Shown: positions 16,421 to 26,375 of the stretch, piece after piece
Layout: each line of letters starts with the position of its first letter
How positions within the stretch are numbered: position 1 is the stretch's first letter
Source: a virus
Lineage: Duplodnaviria > Caudoviricetes
Virus record (IMG/VR): IMGVR_UViG_3300027835_000010
Location: 1-40,246 of that record
DNA length: 40,246 bases
Strand: one strand, 5' to 3'
The notes under the pieces: generated by a model
Told to the model about the DNA's origin: nothing
Seen by the model: the letters and a program-made list of their open reading frames with translations, nothing else
The model's database searches: none
Program-made: the position numbers and the translations under genes

Positions 16421-16642
16421 TTGGCGACGACCTATCAACAGCAACTGGCCGAGGTCAACGCGGCGATCACGGCCATCCTTGAGGATGGGCAGCGCTTCGT
16501 CGCGGGCGGGAACGAGCATGAGCGCGGCAGGCTGGCCGACCTGCTCACCGAGCGGAAGCGTCTGGAGCCGCTCGCCGCCGCTGAAGCGGCCGGTATCCGC
16601 CCCCACCGTGGCCCGCGCCTCGGCCGGATGATCCCGAAGTGA
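16421..16642 (+). CDS. Head-tail joining protein (gpW-like)
   Basis: Small protein between terL and portal; QLAEVNAAITAILEDGQ pattern. Confidence 0.75.
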   Translation: MATTYQQQLAEVNAAITAILEDGQRFVAGGNEHERGRLADLLTERKRLEPLAAAEAAGIRPHRGPRLGRMIPK

Positions 16643-18222
16643 CCAAGCCGCGCGTCCGCATCCCGGTGCGCACCAAGGCTATCGCCGGCTTCACCCGCGG
16701 CGAGATGAAAGCGTTCGCCAGTGTCATGAGCCATTACGTGCTCAATGGCGGCGACTACGACGGCGCCAGCGACGACGAAGAGGCGTTCAAGAACTGGAGC
16801 ACCCACCCCGGCAGCGGCGACGGCGATACTCTGGGTGCCCTGTCGACACTGCGCTCACGCTCCCGCAATCTCGACCACAACGACCCGATCGCGCATGGCA
16901 CGCTCGGGCGCCTGACCACCAATGTGGTCAACACCGGCCTGACTTTGCGCTCCGACGTCGTCGAGGAGGTGCTGGGTATTTCCGGGGAGCAGGCGGAGGC
17001 CTTCCAGCGGCGTGCCGAGTTGCTGTTCGGCCTGTGGGCCAACTCGACCCTGTGCGACGCCAGCCGCGCTACCAATTTCGCCGGCCTGCAGCAGATCGTC
17101 TATCGCTCGTCCCGGGCATCCGGTGACAGCTTCACCATGCGCCGCCACCTGCCCGGCCCCCGGGCCTTCGTTGGCCTGGCGCTGCAGATCATCGAGGCGG
17201 ACCGCGTCGCCAATCCGCCAACCGTCCCGGCGACTCTCGACTGCGCCGCCGGCATCCGGGTCGACCCGCACGGCGCCCCGCTGGGCTTCTATGTCAGCGA
17301 TTTTCATCCGGGCGACCGCCTCGGAACGCCCGGCATGGGTGAGGATTTCACCTATATCCCAGCGATCGGCCCGGAATCCGGCGAGCCGCTGATTTTGCAT
17401 CATCGCAAGAAAACGCGCTCGGGAACCCGCCGTGGCGTGCCGTATCTGGCGGCAGTGATCAAGCTGCTCAAACAGCTCAAGCGCTACGCTGACGCCGAGC
17501 TGATGGCGGCTGTGCTGTCGGCCTTTTTCACGGTCTTCGTCAAGACGCCCCATGGCAACGGCGGCGACCTTGAGAAAGCCGAGGACGCTGATACCAGCCT
17601 GGGCCCTGGCGCTATCGTCAATCTGGCCCAGGGTGAGGACATCACCTTCGCCAATCCGGCCCGGCCCAACGCTCAGTTCGACCCGTTTTTCATTGCCGTG
17701 GTGCGCCAGATCGGCATCGCCCTGGAAATCCCCTACGAGGTGCTGCTCGGTCATTTCACGGCCAGCTACTCGGCCAGCCGCGCCGCCCTGGAAACCGCCT
17801 GGCAATTTTTCCGCACCGAACGCGCCTGGCTGGCCGCGTCGTTCTGCCAGCCGGTCTACGAGTGGTTCGTTGCCGAGTGCGTCGCCCTCGGCCTGCTTGA
17901 TGCGCCCGGTTTTTTCATCGACCCCATCGCCCGCGCCGCCTGGTGTGGCGCCGAGTGGATCGGGCCGGCGCGTATCTCCCTCGACCCCAAGAAGGAAGCC
18001 GAGGCCAACGAAATCTACGAGGCGCACGGCTGGAAAACCGCCCAGGAAATCACCGCCGAGACGACCGGGGGGGATTGGCGCCGCAAGAACGCGGTCAGAG
18101 GCAGGGAAGTCGCCGCGCGCCGCGAGGCTGGCCTCGAGTCTGTTGCCCCCATCGGCGACAACGGCGGCCCACCGCTTGATGCCGCCGATCCCGATGCCCA
18201 GGACAAGGAGGAGCGCGGATGA
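16639..18222 (+). CDS. Portal protein, lambda family
   Basis: LRSRSRNLDHND, LQIIEADR, RGVPYLA, SYSASRAA, LDPKKEAEA motifs. Confidence 0.95.
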   Translation: MTKPRVRIPVRTKAIAGFTRGEMKAFASVMSHYVLNGGDYDGASDDEEAFKNWSTHPGSGDGDTLGALSTLRSRSRNLDHNDPIAHGTLGRLTTNVVNTGLTLRSDVVEEVLGISGEQAEAFQRRAELLFGLWANSTLCDASRATNFAGLQQIVYRSSRASGDSFTMRRHLPGPRAFVGLALQIIEADRVANPPTVPATLDCAAGIRVDPHGAPLGFYVSDFHPGDRLGTPGMGEDFTYIPAIGPESGEPLILHHRKKTRSGTRRGVPYLAAVIKLLKQLKRYADAELMAAVLSAFFTVFVKTPHGNGGDLEKAEDADTSLGPGAIVNLAQGEDITFANPARPNAQFDPFFIAVVRQIGIALEIPYEVLLGHFTASYSASRAALETAWQFFRTERAWLAASFCQPVYEWFVAECVALGLLDAPGFFIDPIARAAWCGAEWIGPARISLDPKKEAEANEIYEAHGWKTAQEITAETTGGDWRRKNAVRGREVAARREAGLESVAPIGDNGGPPLDAADPDAQDKEERG

Positions 18223-19478
18223 ACGCGTGCGACGCGGCATTCGCCGCCGATTGGGCGATCGACCAGGACGAGCGGCTGCAGGGTATCCTGCAGATCGCGG
18301 CGCGCGAGCACGAAGTGACGCCGGAGGCACTGGAAGCCTACCGCGCTGCCCGGCTGACCGATGCCGAGCGGGCCGGCGTGCGCGATGGCGTCGCCATCCT
18401 GTATGTCGATGGACCGCTGTTCGCCAAGGCCAACCTGTTTACCGCCTACTCCGGCGCAACCTCCTACGACATGCTGCGCCGCGACTGCGCCGCCGTGCTC
18501 GACGACCCCGGCGTTGGCGCCATCCTGATCAAGATCGACTCGCCGGGCGGAGAAGTGACGGGGGCGTCTGAGCTGGCCCGCGCCATTTTCGACGCGCGCG
18601 GACGCAAGCCGATCGTCGCCTATGTCGGCGGCATGGGTTGCTCGGCGGCATTCTGGCTTGCCTGTGCGGCCGACGAGATCGTCTGTGCCGATACCGCCGT
18701 CCTGGGATCAGTCGGTGTGCGCGCGGCCTTCGCGGACACACGCGAACGGGATGCGCGGAGTGGCGTCAAGACCTACGAATTCGTGTCCTCGCAATCGCCC
18801 AGCAAGGCATCCGACCCCGCCACCGATAAGGGGCGTGCCGACATACAGCGCCGCGTCGACGCCATGGCGGAGGTGTTTGTCGGCGCCGTTGCCGAATACC
18901 GCGGCATCGACCGCGAAAAAGTCCTGTCCTGGGATGGTGGTGTCGAAGTTGGTGCCGCCGCCGTCGCCGCCGGCATGGCGGACCGCCTCGGCAGCTTCGA
19001 AGGCGCCCTCGCCGAACTCGCCTCCCGCACCAAATCCGCCGATCCGTTCGGCGCCCCCGCCGGTCATCTCTCCACAACTTCGGGAACCATCATGGCTGAA
19101 CAGCAGACTCAGACGCCGCCGGTCGCCACCGCTCCGGCGATCACCGTCGAGACCGTCGCCGCCGCCCCGGCGATCGCCGACCATTTCCGCGCCATGGGCG
19201 CCGCCGCCGAGCGCGAGCGTATCGGCAAAATCCGCAAGCTCGGCGCCCTCGGCGCCAGCGCTGCCGACATCGACAAGGCCATTGCCGAGGGCACCGCGCC
19301 GGAGGCCTTCGCCCTCGCCGTTGCCGATGCCGGCGCTGCCCGCCAGGCGGCGGCCCTCGCCGGCATCCAGGGCGATGAAGCCGCCGTCAAGCCGCCCTCG
19401 GACTCCGGCACCACCGCGGCGGATGGCGATCCGGCCGACGTCCTTGCCGCCCAGATCAGCGCCTTCCTGCCGAAGTAA
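18219..19478 (+). CDS. S49-family prohead protease with C-terminal scaffold region (gpC/Nu3-like)
   Basis: IDSPGGEV, GCSAAFWLA, GSVGV motifs; Ala-rich C-terminus with AERERI. Confidence 0.93.
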   Translation: MNACDAAFAADWAIDQDERLQGILQIAAREHEVTPEALEAYRAARLTDAERAGVRDGVAILYVDGPLFAKANLFTAYSGATSYDMLRRDCAAVLDDPGVGAILIKIDSPGGEVTGASELARAIFDARGRKPIVAYVGGMGCSAAFWLACAADEIVCADTAVLGSVGVRAAFADTRERDARSGVKTYEFVSSQSPSKASDPATDKGRADIQRRVDAMAEVFVGAVAEYRGIDREKVLSWDGGVEVGAAAVAAGMADRLGSFEGALAELASRTKSADPFGAPAGHLSTTSGTIMAEQQTQTPPVATAPAITVETVAAAPAIADHFRAMGAAAERERIGKIRKLGALGASAADIDKAIAEGTAPEAFALAVADAGAARQAAALAGIQGDEAAVKPPSDSGTTAADGDPADVLAAQISAFLPK

Positions 19479-19491
19479 GGAGTCCTCCCTC

Positions 19492-20151
19492 ATGAAGAAC
19501 GCCTTTTTCCAGACTGAGGGCACCTACACGCCCGACCAGTTGGTCGCCGGCATGGTGCTCGGCGGACTCGGCACCATCGCCAACGGCGCGGGCACACTGC
19601 TGCGCGGCACGCTGCTCGGGCGCGTCACCAAGGGCGCCGCCGCAGTCGCCATCAAGGCCGGCGGCAACACCGGCAATGGCACGCTCACCCTCGACGCCGA
19701 TACGCCCGTCCTGGCCGGCGCCAAGGTCGGCCTCTACCGTGTCCGCTGCATTGCCGCCGCGGCCGACGGCGGCACGTTGCGCGTCACCGATCCCGACGGC
19801 TACGTCATCGGCGACGTCGCGGTCGGCACCACCCACGCCGTGGGCGTCATGTTCGCTACGGCCGACGGCTCGGCCGACCTTGCCGTCGGCGACGGCTGGG
19901 ATATCACCATCGCGGCCGGCTCCGGCAAGCTGGTCAAGTCGCTTGCCGCTGCGGTCGACGGCAGCGATGAGCCGTGCGGCATTCTTGGCGAGGATGCCTG
20001 TGCCACAAGTGCCGATGTCGCGGCGATCGTCTACGAGGGCGGCGTCTTCAACGCTGGCTTCGTCATCTTCGGCGCAGGCCACACCGCCGCTTCGGTCAAG
20101 GATGTCCTGCACAAGCTGGGCATCCGCCTGTTGCAGCCGGTCGCGGCCTAA
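19492..20151 (+). CDS. Head decoration protein (gpD-like) with internal insertion
   Basis: YTPDQLVAG...GTLLG...DGSDEPCGIL...GVFN pattern; AAGGAG RBS; between protease and capsid. Confidence 0.88.
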   Translation: MKNAFFQTEGTYTPDQLVAGMVLGGLGTIANGAGTLLRGTLLGRVTKGAAAVAIKAGGNTGNGTLTLDADTPVLAGAKVGLYRVRCIAAAADGGTLRVTDPDGYVIGDVAVGTTHAVGVMFATADGSADLAVGDGWDITIAAGSGKLVKSLAAAVDGSDEPCGILGEDACATSADVAAIVYEGGVFNAGFVIFGAGHTAASVKDVLHKLGIRLLQPVAA

Positions 20152-20160
20152 GGGGGAACC

Positions 20161-21189
20161 ATGGACATTTTTGATACCACAGTCCTCACCCGCGTCGTCT
20201 CGGACATCCCGACGCCGCCCCAATTCGTTCTGGACATGTTCTTTCCCGTCGAGGAAACCTCCGAAGCGGAAACCATCATGTTCGACGTCGACAAGGGCCG
20301 GCCGCGCATCTCGCCCTTCGTCTCGCCGCTGGTCGAGGGCAAGATCATCTCGTCGCGCGGCTACGCCACCAAATCGTTCGCCCCCGCCTACGTGAAGGAC
20401 AAGCGGGTGTTCAACCCCAACCGCGCCTTTCGCCGGACGGTCGGCGAAAAGATCGGCGGCACCCTGAGTCCGGCGCAACGCATCATGCTGGCGATCGCCA
20501 ACGATCTGATGGACCAGACCGACATGCTGCACCGTCGCTTCGAGGTCATGGCCTGCGAGGCGGTGCGCACCGGCAAGGCGACCATCGTCGGCGAGGAATA
20601 CCCGGCGGTCGTCGTCGACTTCGGCCGCGAGGCCGACCTCACCCGCGTCCTCACCGGCGGCGACCGCTGGGACGAAACCGGCGTGTCGCCGATGCAGTCC
20701 CTTGAGGACCATGTCGAGCTGGTTGCCCAGGCATCGGGTGTGGCGCCGACGGACGCCATCATGGACCCCAAGGCGTGGAAGCTGTTCAAGGCCGACCCGA
20801 AATTCAAGGATGCGGTCGACACCAACATCGCCACCCTGAACGAGGCCCGGACGCGCACCGGCATCACCATCATCGGCCGCGACAACATGCGCCTGATGGC
20901 GGTGATGGGCGACCTGCGCATCTGGGTCTATTTCGGCAAATATCTCGACCCGGTCGATGGCCAGGAAAAGCAGTATATCCCCGACTACACCGTCGTGGTC
21001 GGCAGCCGCGGTATCGAGGGGGTGCGCCACTTCGGCGCCATCAAGGATATCGACGTCCTCCGCGCCATGAAGATGTTCCCCAAGTCGTGGAAGGTCGAAG
21101 ATCCGAGCGCGCGGTACATCATGATGCAGTCGGCGCCGCTGATGGTGCCGTACCGCGTCAACGCCGCCGGCTGCCTGACGGTGCGCTGA
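20161..21189 (+). CDS. Major capsid protein, lambda gpE family
   Basis: FVLDMFF, ISPFVSP, PAYVKDK, VDFGR, QSAPLMVP motifs. Confidence 0.95.
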   Translation: MDIFDTTVLTRVVSDIPTPPQFVLDMFFPVEETSEAETIMFDVDKGRPRISPFVSPLVEGKIISSRGYATKSFAPAYVKDKRVFNPNRAFRRTVGEKIGGTLSPAQRIMLAIANDLMDQTDMLHRRFEVMACEAVRTGKATIVGEEYPAVVVDFGREADLTRVLTGGDRWDETGVSPMQSLEDHVELVAQASGVAPTDAIMDPKAWKLFKADPKFKDAVDTNIATLNEARTRTGITIIGRDNMRLMAVMGDLRIWVYFGKYLDPVDGQEKQYIPDYTVVVGSRGIEGVRHFGAIKDIDVLRAMKMFPKSWKVEDPSARYIMMQSAPLMVPYRVNAAGCLTVR

Positions 21190-21662
21190 TGCCGGACGTC
21201 ATCGCACAAGTGACGCTGGTCACGAAAAATGGCTCCGCCGCCCCCGGCTCGGTCGTCGCCATCGGCGACCCGGCCGAGGCCGAATCCCTCGTGCGGCGTG
21301 GTTTTGCCAAGTGGGCGCCGCAGCGGGCGCCCACCCCTCCCATCGCGCCGGACTCCGCCGCCCCCGGCGCGGGCGACGGCGAGGCCTCCGGCATCGGAGA
21401 GGGTGGAGCGGAAGCCCTCCCTGCCACCGGCGGCGTTCTCGACGAGGACGCCGCGCCGCCGGTACTCACCCCCACCACCGAAGGCGCTGACAGCGATCGC
21501 ATGTCAGCAATCGTCGACGCCATCGCCCTCCTCGACCCGAAGAACCCGGAGCACTTCAGCAAGAGCGGCCTGCCCGGCTTGTCGGCCCTGGCTGACATCC
21601 TCGGCTACCGCCCGACGGCAGTCGAGCGGGATGAGGCCGTGCGCCGCGTCGCGGAGATGTAA
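21189..21662 (+). CDS. Head-associated protein (gpFI position)
   Basis: TGATG coupling to capsid; N-terminal AEAESLVRRGFA and C-terminal HFSKSGLPGLSALADILG domains joined by an acidic linker. Confidence 0.7.
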   Translation: MPDVIAQVTLVTKNGSAAPGSVVAIGDPAEAESLVRRGFAKWAPQRAPTPPIAPDSAAPGAGDGEASGIGEGGAEALPATGGVLDEDAAPPVLTPTTEGADSDRMSAIVDAIALLDPKNPEHFSKSGLPGLSALADILGYRPTAVERDEAVRRVAEM

Positions 21663-21665
21663 GGC

Positions 21666-21974
21666 ATGGCGCCGCTGTCGGAGAGAAATCGTCGCGCGCT
21701 GTTTTCTCCTCGGAACGCCGGGGAGGAGGTGCTCCTTCTTCCCGGCACCCCTGCCCAGCGCCGCGTCTTTGCCCAGTTCAGCACCCCGACCACCCATGCC
21801 GAGGCCGGAGAGGCGGCGGTGACGGTCCCGGTGCCTCAGATCATGCTGTGTACGACAGATGCGGGCGAGATGGTGCGAGGCGACGCTGTCGAGGTTCACG
21901 GTGAACGCTACGTCGTGAGCGATCGTCTTGACGACGGCGATGGCTTGACCATCCTGCCGCTTTATCTGGTGTGA
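21666..21974 (+). CDS. Head-tail joining/closure protein (FII-like)
   Basis: Size, position and C-terminal RGDAVEVHGERYVVSDRLDDGDGLTIL beta-barrel pattern. Confidence 0.75.
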   Translation: MAPLSERNRRALFSPRNAGEEVLLLPGTPAQRRVFAQFSTPTTHAEAGEAAVTVPVPQIMLCTTDAGEMVRGDAVEVHGERYVVSDRLDDGDGLTILPLYLV

Positions 21975-22573
21975 GCATGTCCGAGCACCCCCGAGCCCTG
22001 ATTCGCCGCACCGTCGCCGAACGCCTGTCCGGCTGGCGCGTTCCGCCCACCGATGGGGCTCCGGGTGAGCGCTGGACGATGGCCGGCGAGCGCGTCTATC
22101 CGTCCCGCATGGGGCCGATCGACAGCAAGGAGATGCCCGTTGCCCTGGTGTACGCCCGGGAAGAGGACGTCGACCTGAAGAGCTATCCCGACAGCGGCAG
22201 GGATGGCACCAATAAGCGGGCCCTGGCGCTGTCCGTCGAGTGCGTCGTTCTGGCGCGCGAGGACGTCGACGACGTGCTCGACGCCTTTGCTCGACAGGTC
22301 GAAGCCGCGCTCGAATGGCTGGAAGTGCCGGGCCTGGAGACCGCGACGATCCGGCTGACGAAAACCGACATCGACGTTGCCGAGGTGACCGAAGGAAATG
22401 AGCGCCTCAAGCGTCCGGTGCCGATCGGCGCCGTCCGCATGCTGTTCACCGTCATCTATCGCGCGCCGTGGCGGGTGATTCAGCCGGAATGCGCGCCGCC
22501 CGCCGAAATCTATATCGGCACCGCGCCCTATGTCGGCGCCGCTCATGCCGACGACTACGATCGGGTGCGCTGA
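21971..22573 (+). CDS. Tail terminator-like protein (lambda gpU-like)
   Basis: HPRALIR...RVYPSR...MPVALVY...DDVLDAFARQVEAAL pattern; position before the spike. Confidence 0.7.
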   Translation: MSMSEHPRALIRRTVAERLSGWRVPPTDGAPGERWTMAGERVYPSRMGPIDSKEMPVALVYAREEDVDLKSYPDSGRDGTNKRALALSVECVVLAREDVDDVLDAFARQVEAALEWLEVPGLETATIRLTKTDIDVAEVTEGNERLKRPVPIGAVRMLFTVIYRAPWRVIQPECAPPAEIYIGTAPYVGAAHADDYDRVR

Positions 22574-23076
22574 TGTTCAGCCTGCCATCCTCCAACACCC
22601 GCACCGGCGGAGTCGCCTCGCAGGAGGCGACCGACACCATGCGTCGGATCGCCAATATGCTGCGCTACGGCAAGGTGCACGAGGCCGACTATGGCGCCGC
22701 GCGTATCCGCGTCCTGGTCGGCGACGCCAGCGACCCGACCGGCCATCTCGTGACCGATTGGCTGCCGTGGATGACCAGCCGGGCCGGCAAGGATGTCGAC
22801 TGGTGGGCGCCCGAAGTTGGGGAAACCGTCATGGTCCTCTCGCCCGGCGGCGAGCTCGGCGGCGGCGCGGTCATGCCCGCGACCTTCTCCTCGGACTCCC
22901 CGGCGCCGGCCGACCGCGCCACCGTGCGCACGGTGAAATTCGAGGACGGCGCCGAGTTCACCTACGACAAGGAAGCGCACAAGCTGACGGTGAAAATCCC
23001 TGGCGACGTCCTGATCGAGGCCGAGGGCAACATCACCATCAAGGGCGCCAGGATCGACCTCAACCCGGACGATTGA
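22573..23076 (+). CDS. Baseplate spike protein (P2 gpV-like)
   Basis: TDWLPWMTSRAG...WWAPEVGETVMVLSPGGE; F.DGA.F.YD motif. Confidence 0.93.
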   Translation: MFSLPSSNTRTGGVASQEATDTMRRIANMLRYGKVHEADYGAARIRVLVGDASDPTGHLVTDWLPWMTSRAGKDVDWWAPEVGETVMVLSPGGELGGGAVMPATFSSDSPAPADRATVRTVKFEDGAEFTYDKEAHKLTVKIPGDVLIEAEGNITIKGARIDLNPDD

Positions 23077-23078
23077 GC

Positions 23079-23378
23079 ATGACGACTCCCCCCGTCACTC
23101 GCCTCGGCGATCTGTGCACCGGCCACGGCTGTTGGCCGTCACGTCCATCGGTCGAGGCGTCACCCAATGTGTTCGTCAACGGCATCGCCGCGCACCGCCA
23201 GGGCGACGGCTGGGCGACTCATTGCTGCCCGAGCATCCCGGAGTGCCACGCCTCGGTTTTGGCGGCCGGCTCCTCGACCGTCTACGTCAACGGTCGCCAG
23301 TTGGGCCGTATCGGCGACCCCGTCGCCTGCGGCTCGGCGGTGATGACCGGGTCGGGAAACGTGTTCGCCGGAGGCTGA
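23079..23378 (+). CDS. PAAR-domain spike tip protein
   Basis: TRLGD.CTGH, VFVNGIAAHRQGD, VYVNGRQLGRIGDPVACG, GSGNVFAG. Confidence 0.93.
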   Translation: MTTPPVTRLGDLCTGHGCWPSRPSVEASPNVFVNGIAAHRQGDGWATHCCPSIPECHASVLAAGSSTVYVNGRQLGRIGDPVACGSAVMTGSGNVFAGG

Positions 23379-23385
23379 ACAGGAT

Positions 23386-23451
23386 ACCCGATCTCGCCCG
23401 CGTCTTACGCCCTGCCGGTCTACTGTCGCACCGTAGACCAGCGGGGTTTTT
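23386..23451 (+). promoter_or_regulatory. Putative late promoter 3 overlapping a terminator-like hairpin
   Basis: ACCCGATCTC-N25-TACTGT; stem ggtctac(23417-23423)/gtagacc(23433-23439), extendable, followed by TTTTT. Confidence 0.65.
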
Positions 23452-23455
23452 GCGC

Positions 23456-23794
23456 ATGCGCGGGGCAAACAGATCGGATGGGCGGGCGATGGATGGGGTG
23501 CAGCATTTGCGCCAATCCGTGCACGACATTCTGTCGACGCCCATCGGAACCCGGGTGCATCGTCGCGACTATGGGTCGGACATCCCCCGCCTGATTGACC
23601 GGCCGGTCAACGCGGCAACCATTGTCGATATTTATGCCGCCGCCGCCAAGGCATTGCACCGCTGGGAGCCCCGCCTCAAGCTGTCGCGCATTCGGCTCTC
23701 CACTGCCGCCCCTGGCCGCGTCGAATTGTCCATCGAGGGGGAATACCGGCCGGACGGCCGCGCGATTCGCCTTGACGGCCTGGTGGTGGGGTAG
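23456..23794 (+). CDS. Baseplate protein W (GPW/gp25 family)
   Basis: HLRQSVHDILSTPIGTRVHRRDYGS...RWEPRL. Confidence 0.93.
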   Translation: MRGANRSDGRAMDGVQHLRQSVHDILSTPIGTRVHRRDYGSDIPRLIDRPVNAATIVDIYAAAAKALHRWEPRLKLSRIRLSTAAPGRVELSIEGEYRPDGRAIRLDGLVVG

Positions 23795-23796
23795 AC

Positions 23797-24690
23797 ATGC
23801 CTTACACCGCCATCGACCTCGCCAAGCTGCCGGCACCCACCGTCATCGAGCCGCTCGATTACGAAACCATTTTCGCCACCCTCGTCCGCGACCTTGTGGC
23901 ACTCGACCCGGCCTATTCGGCGCTGGTCGAAAGCGACCTGATCATCAAGTTGCTCGAAGACGTCGCCGCGCGGGAACTGTTGCTCCGCGCCCGCATCAAC
24001 GACGCAGCGCGGGCGGTGCTGCTGGCGACCGCGACGGGCTCCAACCTCGACCATCTGGCGGCGCTGTTTGCCGTATCCCGGCTGATGCTCGACCCCGGCA
24101 ACGCGAACGCCATCCCGCCCGTTCCGCCGCGTTACGAGATCGACACCGACCTTCGCCGCCGCACGCAACTGGCTTTGGAGGGCATCACCACGGCGGGGAG
24201 TGCGGGATCGTATGTTTTTCACGCGCTGGGGGCCGACGCAGGCGTCGGCGACGCGATTGCCGTCATGCCAGCACCCGGCCATGTCGACGTCTACATCCTG
24301 GCGCGCGATGGTGATGGCGCCCCCTCGCCCGAGCTCTTGGCGGCGGTCGATGCCGCCCTGAACGCGGACCACATCCGCCCGCTGACCGATCTGGTGACGG
24401 TGAAGGCGCCAGCGATCACCGCCTATGCGGTCTCCGCCATCGTGACGGCTTACCCAGGGCCCGACCCCGAGATCGTCCGGCAGGCGGCGGAAGATACGGT
24501 CCGCGCGACCGTGTCCGAGCTTCGCGGGCTGGGCAAGGACGTCCCGCTCTCGGCTCTCTATGCCGCGCTGCACCGGCCCGGGGTACACCGCGTCAGCCTC
24601 GCCGCACCGGTCGCCGACATCATCTGTTCCGACGTCGAGGCGGCCTATTGCACCGGCGTGACGGTGGTCGGCGGCGGAGTCGGCACCTGA
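23797..24690 (+). CDS. Baseplate protein J
   Basis: IDLAKLPAPTVIEPLDYETI, ATGSNLDHLA, TAGSAGSY, IRPLTDLVTV. Confidence 0.95.
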   Translation: MPYTAIDLAKLPAPTVIEPLDYETIFATLVRDLVALDPAYSALVESDLIIKLLEDVAARELLLRARINDAARAVLLATATGSNLDHLAALFAVSRLMLDPGNANAIPPVPPRYEIDTDLRRRTQLALEGITTAGSAGSYVFHALGADAGVGDAIAVMPAPGHVDVYILARDGDGAPSPELLAAVDAALNADHIRPLTDLVTVKAPAITAYAVSAIVTAYPGPDPEIVRQAAEDTVRATVSELRGLGKDVPLSALYAALHRPGVHRVSLAAPVADIICSDVEAAYCTGVTVVGGGVGT

Positions 24691-25316
24691 TGGCGCAAAG
24701 CCTTCTCCCGCCCAACTCCACGCAGATCGAATATGACGTCGAGCAGGTGATCGCGCGCCTTTCCGACATTCCGGTTGTGATCGGCGACCTCTGGAACCCC
24801 GATACATGCCCGGCGGCGGCGCTGCCGTGGTTGGCCTGGGCGCTCTCGGTCGATGAATGGGATGCGGGCTGGACAGAGGCGCAGCGGCGCGCGGCCATCC
24901 GCGCCAGCTACTTTATCCACAAGCATAAGGGCACCCGCGCGGCCGTAGAAGCGGCCCTCGCCGCGGTCGACCGGCCGGTCAAGCTCATCGAGTGGTGGCA
25001 GGACGCGCCACCCGGCCCGCCCTACACGTTTCGCGCCGAAGTCGAAGTCGGTGATCGTGGCATTGACCAGGCTGTTTTCGATCAGGTCGAGCGGCTGGTG
25101 CACTCTGCCAAAAATATCAGGTCGGAAATGGTCGGCCTGCGCGGCGTTGGTGTGGTCCGCGGCGACAGGCATTCCGCCCTGGCCATGCTTTCCGGCGATG
25201 TCGTCACGGTGTTTCCCTATGCCGGTGGCGTTGTGGAGGCGGCTGCATCGAGTCGCTCCGCCCTGGCCCCGGTCCTGCTCGACCGGGTGACCGTATACCC
25301 GCTGCTGGAGGCTTGA
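24690..25316 (+). CDS. Tail protein I (P2 gpI-like)
   Basis: SLLPPN, LWNPDTCPAAALPWLAWALSVDEW, HKHKGT, EWWQ. Confidence 0.95.
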   Translation: MAQSLLPPNSTQIEYDVEQVIARLSDIPVVIGDLWNPDTCPAAALPWLAWALSVDEWDAGWTEAQRRAAIRASYFIHKHKGTRAAVEAALAAVDRPVKLIEWWQDAPPGPPYTFRAEVEVGDRGIDQAVFDQVERLVHSAKNIRSEMVGLRGVGVVRGDRHSALAMLSGDVVTVFPYAGGVVEAAASSRSALAPVLLDRVTVYPLLEA

Positions 25317-25319
25317 AGA

Positions 25320-26057
25320 ATGGCGCAATTCCATGCCCTGTTGACGCGGGCCGGGCGAGCGAAGCAGAACAACGCCATCGTCTTGTCTCAGCCCTTCGCG
25401 ATTTCGGCGATGGCACTCGGCGACGGCGGCGGCAGTGCGATCGTGCCGACGGACACCATGGTGGACCTGACGCACGAGGTGTACCGGGCGCAGCTGAGTG
25501 GCCTGTACCGTGATGCGGTCAATACCGACTGGCTGGTCGCGGAACTCGTCGTGCCCATGGCGATCGGGCCATTCTGGGTCCGCGAGGCGGCGCTGATCGA
25601 CCCCGACGGTGATGTGGTCGCTGTCGCGAGCCTGCCAGACACCTATAAGCCGGCGCTGGAGGAAGGTGCCGGGCGCGACATGGTCATCCGCGTCATTATT
25701 CAGCTTGCCGCTGCCGCTACGGTGACTCTCAAGCTGGACGGCAGCGTGGCACTCGCTTCTCAGGCCTATGTCGAGACCCGCATCGGCGACCACCCGCACC
25801 CGGACGCGACCGTAACCACCCGGGGCTTTCTCCGCCTGGCGACGGAAGCCGAAGTGCTGGCTGGTCAGGGGGACAAGAAGGCCGTCACACCGCCGGAATT
25901 GGCGAAACTGACCGCGACGTCTGAGCGACGCGGCCTGGTTGCGTTGGCAACGCCAGAGCAGTTTAAGACGGGAGACGCGACTACCGCAGTCACCCCGGCG
26001 GACGTCAAAAGCGTCATGGCTGCCGCCTTCCATGATCTTTTCTTTATGGGGCAGTAG
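25320..26057 (+). CDS. Short tail fiber protein (P2 gpH-like N-terminal anchor)
   Basis: LLTRAG...MALGDG...GPFWVREAAL...TYKP...EG anchor domain; ATVTTRGFLRLAT / RGLVALAT fiber repeats; only 245 aa. Confidence 0.88.
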   Translation: MAQFHALLTRAGRAKQNNAIVLSQPFAISAMALGDGGGSAIVPTDTMVDLTHEVYRAQLSGLYRDAVNTDWLVAELVVPMAIGPFWVREAALIDPDGDVVAVASLPDTYKPALEEGAGRDMVIRVIIQLAAAATVTLKLDGSVALASQAYVETRIGDHPHPDATVTTRGFLRLATEAEVLAGQGDKKAVTPPELAKLTATSERRGLVALATPEQFKTGDATTAVTPADVKSVMAAAFHDLFFMGQ

Positions 26058-26375
26058 ATGAACGGGAAATTCGGCACGGCGGCACTCGCCGCGGAGACCG
26101 TGACGGCCGTCACCGCGGCGGTGCCGGCCGCCAAGGTCCGCACCGTCAACATCAATATCGTCAACCGTGGTCCCGATGCCACCGCGGTGCGTCTCGCCGT
26201 CGCCTCGGCCGCGCCTGGTGATTCCGACTGGCTCGAATACGGCGCGGCACTATCCTCGGGCAGCGTGCTGGAGCGCAGCAGTGTGGTCATGAGCGAAAAC
26301 GAAATCGTCTATGCCTGGGCGGACAAGGCCACCGTCACCGTGTCGGTGCGCGGCCTGGAAAAGGATGATGTCTGA
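26058..26375 (+). CDS. Small tail-fiber-associated beta protein
   Basis: TVNINIVNR...VRLAV...LEY...VLERS...SVRGLE, all-beta; abuts the fiber gene. Confidence 0.7.
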   Translation: MNGKFGTAALAAETVTAVTAAVPAAKVRTVNINIVNRGPDATAVRLAVASAAPGDSDWLEYGAALSSGSVLERSSVVMSENEIVYAWADKATVTVSVRGLEKDDV

